This document shows, piece by piece, positions 54,579 to 64,000 of a stretch of 64,000 bases of DNA. Each line of letters opens with the position of its first letter. Position 1 is the stretch's first letter. The notes under the pieces are model-generated. The model saw only the letters and a list, made by a program, of their open reading frames with translations. It ran no database searches and was not told where the DNA came from. The translations under genes were made by a program, and so were the position numbers. Source of the DNA: an uncultured Verrucomicrobiae bacterium (GTDB lineage Bacteria; Chlamydiota; Chlamydiia; Chlamydiales; Rhabdochlamydiaceae); contig CAWEXY010000010.1 of assembly GCA_963813135.1 (NCBI GenBank), positions 89,905-153,904 of the forward strand. The letters are read 5' to 3'.

Positions 54579-54593
54579 CGAACATGTGTTCGA
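54579..54593. promoter_or_regulatory. LexA SOS box (Gram-positive/actinobacterial type)
   Basis: CGAAC-ATGT-GTTCG(A); the minus strand reads TCGAACACATGTTCGG and abuts the Ubl RBS. Confidence 0.8.
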
Positions 54594-54644
54594 TACAGTT
54601 TCATCATGTTCTGGATAATAGTGTATCATGAAAGGGTGCTCACG

Positions 54645-55823
54645 GTGACAGGCGGAGGAACGGACCTCGGTCAGAGGCTGGCAAAGGCTCGTGACCAGGT
54701 CGGACTCACCCAAGAGGAGGTTGCGCTGCTGGTTCGTCAGCCCCGCCCCGTTATCTCGAACTGGGAACAGGGTGAACGTCTGCCAAATGAGCAACAGCTC
54801 AGCAAGCTCGCTGTTATCTATCGAATGCCCCTCGAGCATCTACTGGGCTCGATTGAACACCCTCGTGCTGAGTTTGAGCAGTTGTTCTTTCGAGATGCCG
54901 GCAACCGCCTCAATGGTGAGGCGAAGTATCAGATTCAGCGATTTCTAGGATTCTTGGATGATTATGGAGCGTTTCTAGCGGCGCTTGGTGAGCAACCAGG
55001 CCTGATGGAACCCCCCCTTGCATTGCGAGAGGGTCGTTATACAAAAGACGATGTCCGGCGAAAGGCTGAGGAGGCCCGCTCCTTCTTTCGGCTTGGAAAT
55101 GGTCCGGTTGGCGACCTCACTGCGTTGGCCGACATTTTTGGTATCTCCGTTTACCTTGCTCCATTGGGTCGCTCGCTCACGGACACCGTTTCCGGAGCTC
55201 ACTGATCCATCCAGAGGTCGGCTTCTCAGTGCTGATCAATGGTCAAACCACTCCGGGGAGGCGTCAATTCACCCTCGCCCATGAACTGGGACACGCGCTG
55301 TTCCACCGTGGTTCCGTGGAAGTCAGCTTCCCTGGGCGACGCGAGGCTAACGAGCGGTTTGCCGATGAGTTCGCGGGTGAATTTCCAGTACCCGCAGACA
55401 GTCTTCAGACGACGGTCGAGCACTTGAGGCTTGAAAGAGTCGCGGATCCCGAGACGGTCATCCACTTGCAGAGGTATTTCAACGTCTCATACGAGATGAT
55501 CCTTAATCGGCTCCGTTTTGCTGGACTCATGTCTAACAAGGAGTTTGAACAGTGTCGGAGCGTCCACCCGTCTACTTGGCCGAGCAGTTGGGATGCCGGA
55601 CTCACATTGATGAATGGATGCAGGACCCGGAACGATGGGGCCTGGGACGATACCCAAGACGGTTTCTTCGTCTTCTCAGACGAGCGTTTTCGGAGGAACT
55701 CATAACCGTCTCGGGTGCGGCAACGATGACGGCCTCGCGGTGGAGGACATTGAGGAACTTCTCCGAGATGTATCGATTACCTCCAACGGGAACGAATATG
55801 ACGACTTCGACGCCACCTCCTGA
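54645..55823 (+). CDS. XRE-family HTH fused to an ImmA/IrrE zinc metallopeptidase (three frameshifts)
   Basis: LGQRLAKARDQVGLTQEEVA..ISNWEQGERLP, then SVLIN..RRQFTLAHELGH..ERFADEFAGE and YFNVS. Confidence 0.88.
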
Positions 55824-56411
55824 GACCTTTCTTTCAACACACACCAACGCGATACTTCGCGGTTACAGGACAAATGGATCTGCTTGCAACCATTTGCTCG
55901 CGGCACCATTCGAGTTCCACGATTGGTCTTTGACGATGAAGACGATTTAACGGGTCCGCCCGACCTCCTAAGCGAGATCGGCGCTTCGGAGCAGTACTGG
56001 GCGAAGCGAGCCAGAGAGCGGAGGCAGCAGAATACTGGCTGCGCCTCGGCAATCTTCGGAGCAGAACTGTGAGCATCCCTAGTTGACATGGAACTTACAG
56101 AACTCGAGAGATACGCCGAACTTGTGAGTCGCAATGTGCAACAGCGCTTTCGACTCGCTGCCAAACTCGGACGTGGGGAAGCTGCAGTTATAGCCATCGC
56201 AGAGGAGCGCGAATGGGTCGCCGTCATAGACGACTGGGAGGGTCGGATGGTTCTTCAGGAACTCAGCCCATCGACGAGATCCATAACCACCCGCGACTTC
56301 CTCAGGGCTGCCGTATTTGAGCAGGTTATCGACACTGGTGCCGCTGGTAGAATTTATCGAGCGATGCTCGAGGCGGGTTATCGAGGACCTTCGAATCTTT
56401 CGTTGGACTGA
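55798..56411 (+). CDS. PIN-domain protein (DUF3368-like), frameshifted
   Basis: N-terminal ..PTRYFAVTGQMDLL..IRVPRLVF in shifted frames; C-terminal LGRGEAAVIAIAE....VIDD..GR. Confidence 0.72.
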
Positions 56412-56607
56412 AAGGAGCCATGCCAACATCTCACCTTCAGTCCGCTCTTCACCGTTTGATCGTACGCCAGGCTGTATCGCACGGAATAGATCGATGGGCC
56501 AGTGCCTGGGTTTGGGCCCGGTCAATTCGCGAGGGCTTCTACTCGCGCGGCGACTGCCAGCGCATCGCCCTCCTGTGATCTCGTTGTCAAAGTCGGTGAA
56601 TCTGTCC

Positions 56608-57089
56608 ATGGTTGTGGTACCCAATGCCCCCGGTTCTGGCAATCCCCCCGCAGCCGGCGGCGCAGGGCTCCCATTCTGCGGGTTCAACCCGGCCTGGGCC
56701 AGCGAGCCGATCCTTTTGCAGGGGAAGGTTCAACAAGGACTACGGAGGGATCGTCCTCTTTGGGCCGTGTCCTCGATGTGGACATGGCGACGGATCAACC
56801 TGTTCATTCCGACCACCTGGGCGACGACGACGAGCATCGGTTCGCCCGGCGTTCACTTCGTCAGTGCGGCAGCTATGGGTATCCTCGGGCCCAGTCCACG
56901 AAGGGTCGTCCAGTGGCTTGGGCCTGACTAACGGAGCACGGACCTGAAGCGAGGGCGGGTGCGGTCGTCGAGATCGCCGTGTGCCGATGCGGCAAGGACC
57001 ACGAACACCAACCACCGTCGGGCAAGTCGGGCTGCGGTTTTTGGACCTATGTCCACTTGGAGAAGGGAACGATCCCCGGTGGCGAGTGA
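56608..57089 (+). CDS. Small Cys/His-rich putative metal-binding protein, frameshifted
   Basis: GPCPRCGH and VCRCGKDH..P.GKSGCG motifs across shifted frames; the stop overlaps the next start. Confidence 0.6.
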
Positions 57090-57693
57090 GCAGGACAAGG
57101 CCCTCTATTGGGCGGGGAAGGCCGCCGATGTGCACCACAACATGCTGGACACCGTCCAAGCCTCGGCCGGAAAGTGGCAAGCGGCGATCGCTGCGTTCCT
57201 CGGTGCCTATGCCACCGTCGGCTTCGTGGTGGGACGACCACGATCGCCTACCTTCCGCCGTCGGGATGGAAATACGTCATCTTGGCCGTGCTGGGATTGG
57301 CTGCCGCCATCGCCGTGGTCGCCGTGGTTACGCCAACCGGGCTGCCGAGGGGTTTCCCAAAGTGGAGCAGGACTTCCCCCTTACTGGACCCCAGATGGCA
57401 GCGAACGCGCTCGCCGGAGCCAAACAGTCACGCCGACTTCTCCGAAAGGCCGATCGTGGCTGCCGCAATTGCCGGTCGTCCTCGCCGTCTCGGGGTCCTT
57501 CGGCATATTGGCTTACGGACTTACCGCCTCTGCACCCGCACTGACTGCTCTCCTAACCACGCACTCCGCGTCGTACTGCGGAACACTGCAGACCAACAGT
57601 GATGGCACGGTGTCGCTACTGTTATCCAACGGGAAACAGGTTCGTGCCAAGGGTGGAACCATCACGATCGTCACCTCTTGCGGCGGATCGTGA
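57079..57693 (+). CDS. Hypothetical 3-TM membrane protein, frameshifted
   Basis: VQASAGKWQAAIAAFLG, further TM segments and a C-terminal YCGTL..VTSC domain. Confidence 0.6.
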   Translation: MASEQDKALYWAGKAADVHHNMLDTVQASAGKWQAAIAAFLGAYATVGFVVGRPRSPTFRRRDGNTSSWPCWDWLPPSPWSPWLRQPGCRGVSQSGAGLPPYWTPDGSERARRSQTVTPTSPKGRSWLPQLPVVLAVSGSFGILAYGLTASAPALTALLTTHSASYCGTLQTNSDGTVSLLLSNGKQVRAKGGTITIVTSCGGS

Positions 57694-57767
57694 CCGATAG
57701 GGTCCTCCGATCACTTGGCAAACCACGCGCCTACTCCGCGGTGAGCTTGGGGAACTCACAAATCCAG

Positions 57768-59056
57768 CTATTGGTAGGTCAAGAGCTCCATGCGGTCAAA
57801 GGACAAGAGATCGGTGACCAAATGCTCAGATAAGTTCGCTTCTGTTTCCGGGCGAATATAGGGAACAACGCTCACGGTGAATGTGGCGCCGGGCTCAACC
57901 AACTTTCGGAGCTTCTCGGTGACAATGACCGTTTCGCTTATCCGGGTTAACTGATGCTCTGGGGCGCAGATCGAACGGGCGACGCCGGGTAGGGACCTCG
58001 CAGTGTCCTTCGTTGCCGGCACCCCCCGTGACCGAAAACCCAAAACGATCCGACGTAGCGGTTCTCGTCATCGGTAGGAGTCGCTCTGGACCGACCTCGG
58101 GATCTGTTCACAAACGAGCCGACCCTCGAAGCTAGCCCGTGAATGATCCAATCCGAAAAGCACCAGATCCGCCCTCTTGTACTCCTCGACAGGGCACTGC
58201 AATGTAACCGTCAACGGCCTTGATGCAACTTCGACCAATTTCGATCCTCCCTACCCCCGGTGTTCCCGAACTGGAGAACGCCGCGTACTGATATCCAGAG
58301 TGTAGCGATGTCGGAGCGTCTGTCCAACGTCGAAAGTGTCGGAAATCGACCAAGAGGCGTATCCAATGGCACCACGCCGACCCCGGCTCCGGGATGTGCT
58401 TTTGCTGCCAGAGGTACCAGATGCGATCGAGGTCGTGGTGTGATCGGGCCCAAAAGATCGGATCGAAGCTGCCAGTCGGATCATGTCCATCGTGCCGCCC
58501 ACCCAGACGTGAATCTGATTGTGTACCGACTCCAGTTCAGTCGTGAAATCCACGAAAATCGGCAGAGATCGATGATTGACGACACCCGCTCGGGCTTCGG
58601 CAACGTAGAAGATCTCCCGGCGTCCGATATGTGGTGTCGACTTGGGGAAGGCCTTGTCCTGTCATTGAGTCGTTCCTGGTACGCCCGTGAATCGGTGTTC
58701 AGAGCAGGGGGTTGTAGTGCAGTCACTCGAAGTGGGTTCCGTGGTATTCTGTGGGAGAGCCGCTGTGCCGACCGAGTCCCACCACGGCAAACTGGACGCT
58801 CGGTTCTTGATCGAGAAGATCTGCTCGTTACGTAGTAGGGGTATGCCCGGTGCCACGGCAAGAACAATGGGCTTCGGTGCATGTATGAAATCAGGAGGGG
58901 AGAGCTCCATGCTCTGCCGGCCCAGTGCTCATGGCCCTGTCGTCCGAGAGAGCGAGCATCTTCGAAATACCAGACCGCAAAGCTCGCGGTTTCTGCTGCC
59001 GTGAGGGCAGTGACGCTCTTCCGTGTCCGCATCAAGGCGGGAGTCGTCTTGCTCAC
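57768..59056 (-). CDS. Tyrosinase-family (type-3 copper) protein, heavily frameshifted
   Basis: RKSVTALT, H..PLFLPWHRAY, LPWWD, ESVHNQIHVWVGGTM, and AAFDPIFW..H..DRIWYLWQ in a shifted frame. Confidence 0.8.
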
Positions 59057-59699
59057 CGCTCAGAGGAGCCCCAGTCGGTAGCGGAGACCCGTCGGATGCA
59101 GGCTCGTCGATAACCATGTCCACCGGAGTACGAGGCCAGCGTCGCCTCGGCAAGGGGACTCGCCGAACCGTAGTCGTGGGGATGGTCGAGGCAGAAATTG
59201 CCGTCCGCCGTAAGTCGATTTCCAGCGACAGGAACCGACTCGGACGTCGCGTCATCGTGGATCGTCATCATGAGATTGGAAGACCTGATCGCCTCTGTCG
59301 CAGCCGTCGTCGGCGTCTGCTGTACTGCTCGCTTTCTACGGCGTCCCCGGTGTAACAGCCGACGTTTTCGAAGGGATCGGGAAAGCCAGCGTGGCATTGG
59401 CACAATCGGCTGAAGTTGAGCCGGACGAGGTTGTCGCGACAACGTAGTAATACCGCTGGTTTCCGGGCGACTGCCACACCACCAGCTCCGGCGTCGTACT
59501 GATGGCCGAGGATGAAGCGAGTTCGGGTGACTGGTTCGCGGTTAGCGAGACAACTGAGGGCGTGATCGTTTTGCACCACCAACGCAGTCGATCAACCCGG
59601 CCACGGTTGCTCCCGGGAAACGGCGGCCTCCAGCCCCGTTGGTTCAGTCGTCGAGGTCGAGACGCTCGGCGGGGGGAGGCAAAGGCGCCGCACGGCCCT

Positions 59700-61217
59700 C
59701 CATTCGCACGGACGGTGTCGCTACCACGCAGAGCATGACGCTCTGGGTGCGCGGAGCTGGCGCAGACCCGGGCGCCGTGGTGCTTTCGATAGCGGCCGGG
59801 TCTCAGGCTCGACGCACCCGACGATGGACGGAGCCAATCGCAGAAGGAGAGGTCCCACTTCCGCTGTTCCTCCGGACACCCGTCGCTCCTGCGCCGAGAA
59901 CTCCGACGGGCGCGATGGTCGGTGGTCGTCGTAGTGGGCCGGGCACTCGACGCAAGGGGCCCGAACCATAACGTTCGTCGTCATCGAGGTGGTCGTCGTC
60001 GATGGAGCGGCGGGGGCGGCGTACTGGATGGCAGAGGGGCACCGTCCAAGGCGTTTACCATCCCGGGGTCGGTTCGCTCCATGCCGAGGGCCCAAAGACC
60101 CGGTCCACGTAGTCCGTGCCGCGGTCGGCGAGGTCGGCGATCAGGTACAGCGATGTGGGTCATCGAAGAGCGCCTCGTGCCACTGGGTGCCGACCTGGTA
60201 CGCCGTCCACACGGAGTTCGTCAGCCGGATCCCGGTCGAGCGGGTGCCCACCACCATGATTTGGCTATCGGTCTATGTCGAGTCGCAGGTCTCCCGAGGC
60301 CGTGGCGGTCAGTGTGTTTCCGGTGGTTGGCCAATCCTCCCCGTACAGGGGGGCACCCAAGATCACCTGTCGCCTGGCAAGGCGGCGGCGTACTGCTCGG
60401 CCGTGGTGAGATCGCTGAAGAGCGACGAGGTGAGCGGGAACTGGCCTGTGCTCGGGCGGCGACGTTCGGGGAGTACTCCGTGACGAAGAAGGCATCGACG
60501 GCACCCGCCCGGGCGGAGATATCGTAGAGGCCCCCGGGGTCGCCCGCCGAGGAGGCGTACGTGTCCATCGTCACCTGCCGATGCGCATTGACGCCATGGA
60601 GGGTGTCGAGACCGCCGTCACCCGGGCCATCAAGCCGGCCTGGTCGGCATGCCCGCTCCCTCGAGGTCGAGATTCACGCCGTCGAGGCTCTTCGCCTCGA
60701 TCGCCCCGACGAGCGCCTCCGACAATGTGACGGCGGCGGCTGGGTTCGAGGTCGACGCATCGAGCGAGCGCTGGTCGAGTCGTTCACGTCCAAACAACCC
60801 ACTTGCCCGCGGCGTGGACTCGGGAGATCAAGATGGAGAGCGCCTGGCTCTCGTACCCGTCCAGCCCGGACCGGACTCGTTCAAGGATCCGTCGGCGTTG
60901 ATTCCGACGGAGAAATAGGCGAGTGTCGTCAAGCCGGCCACATCGAATGCAGCGCTTTAGTCCCAGACTCCGATCGGGGGCGAACCCGAAGACCTCGTGT
61001 GGGGACAGGGGAGCAGCAGCGGCCGCCGACGCCGGAGCGGTACAGGAGGAGGCGGCGGATTCAAGGACGGGTGCCTTCCAAGTAACCCGGTCCCCGGAAT
61101 TGGGGCGATCAGGCATTGCCGACTTTGCCTGAGACTGGTGTATGCTTTCGAACTAGCAGCGGCAACAGTGAAGAGTGCGAGAGTGCGCGCCAGGGCGAGC
61201 ACTGAGACAGCGACCAT
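59700..61217 (-). CDS. Glycoside hydrolase family 18 protein, heavily frameshifted; 3' end approximate
   Basis: Signal-like N-terminus, HEVFGFAP, YFSVGINADGS, catalytic LDGVNLDLEG (~60660-60687), VDAFFV.EY and VILGAPLYG.DW. Confidence 0.7.
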
Positions 61218-62360
61218 GGTATTGCGCCATGTCGCGCTTTAAGATGATGGATCGGATACTTACTGCTCCAATGCGGCACCTAGGACGGACATGGTCAACT
61301 CCTCATAAAGAGAGCGGCAAGCGCCTGGCCCAGTTACCGAAGTGCCGGCGCTTTTGCAGGTCGTCGGCAAACAGTCAGCGAGCATTTCGAATCGATCCCG
61401 AGACTGTAAAAAATGGGGATCTCAGGAAGAATCGCCACTCGGTCCTGGATAGTCCGCACGCAGAACGTACGGAGGGATGAACCGTCTGAAGGATCGGCAA
61501 TCCACACACGTGCCGCTTCTTGCGAGAGCAGCTACGTGCACTTCGACGAGATGGTCACCGCTATGACGTGATCGTCCTCGCGTCTCCGACGCTCTTCGAG
61601 CAGCGTACGTTTCGAAACGACCTCCCCCGGACGCTTCACCAACGAAACCAGCAGTCGGAATTCGATCAGTATCAGCAAAGAGTTCGACTTCGCCGGACCA
61701 CGCCTAATGTCCACGAACATCAACGACCAGGTCCCCGGCTCGGAGATTCGACACTGCGACTGTAAGCCCGTCGCCGTATAGCCACCTGTAGGTGGACGGC
61801 CAATGCGTCCATGTTGTAGGTCCAAGGCCAACAGATTCGGGCCCGGCTTGGAGCACCTCGTGCATGAGGTGACGTCACCTTCAAAACCGGTGACGACGAT
61901 CATCATACGCTAATCGAAACTCGCGAAGAGGCCAAGAGATCGAGGCCACCGTGCGTTGCCCGCATCGGCCACATGCACACGACGCCGTCGGGGACATGCT
62001 CATGCATCCGGTGAAACACCTTCGTACTCGAGCTGGCCACAACCACGTTGAAATCCCAGGCCCCCATACGTTCAGGAGCACTGACACGACGAAGCATCAG
62101 ACCCGAAAATAAGCAAACGAGCGCTGGCGTTTCTTCTCGGTCGGCGCCATGATTGGCCATCGTTGACGGTCCCGACGCCGATTGCCGCGACTTGAACAAA
62201 TCTTGCAAGTTCCCCTCTTGTTCCTTGAAAGTCGTGGCCCTCACACTGCGAATAGTCGAGCTGCTCTCAGTGAGCACTTCTACGAAGGGCTGTGGAGGGA
62301 ACATGGGACGGAGCACGAAGCGGGCACACACAAACGTCAAGCGAATTCGTGGACTAGTCA

Positions 62361-62393
62361 CGTGAAGAAGTACTCGGAATCGTCAAGAAGTAG
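62361..62393 (+). CDS. groES: C-terminal remnant of co-chaperonin GroES at the junction
   Basis: REEVLGIVKK-stop directly upstream of groEL. Confidence 0.65.
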   Translation, partial: REEVLGIVKK

Positions 62394-62400
62394 GAGCGGC

Positions 62401-64000
<1,600 letters not shown>

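Noticed and set aside
54195..54839. Long N-terminal extensions on the XRE and Ubl ORFs
   Set aside because: They are mutual antisense overlaps; the RBS-supported starts are 54566 (-) and about 54645 (+).
61280..62340. Several short ORFs before the groES remnant
   Set aside because: None has a motif I can recognise, so no call can be supported.

Overview
This window looks like a chimeric, indel-prone assembly of three unrelated DNAs. (1) Bases 1 to ~39,850 are an environmental Chlamydiae chromosome with Chlamydia-like gene order: ligA, miaB, rplM-rpsI, lptG/lptF-tilS-ftsH-pnp-rpsO-tadA, rpmE2-prfA-prmC-ffh-rpsP-trmD-rplS-rnhB-yicC-gmk-omega-like-metG, recD2 and tRNA-Asn. It also carries an F-box protein and other accessory genes. 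(2) Bases ~39,850 to ~62,360 are higher-GC actinobacterial (probably Acidimicrobiia-like) DNA with many frameshifts: Ser/Thr kinase, Ca2+/H+ antiporter, cydAB, ALDH, NDH-2, a beta-propeller protein, tyrosinase and a GH18 hydrolase. (3) Bases ~62,360 to 64,000 are the tail of groES plus groEL, probably from an Acidobacteria-like organism. The most interesting locus is at 52.6-56.4 kb. It is a translationally coupled bacterial ubiquitination-like operon (Ubl ending in RRG, a Prok-E2 with no Cys near the predicted active site, and a JAB/JAMM-E1 fusion). A near-perfect Gram-positive LexA SOS box sits on the leader of this operon. It is transcribed divergently from an XRE-HTH/ImmA-IrrE metallopeptidase fusion and a PIN-domain gene, which suggests a DNA-damage-inducible conjugation or defence module. 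Also notable are a ~109-nt two-hairpin insertion that splits the 5' end of a chlamydial gene (4.05-4.16 kb), a tandem pair of inverted repeats upstream of an ATPase-nuclease gene, and an LpxT-like/kinase-like fusion ORF. All family assignments come from motif recognition by eye; no searches were run.
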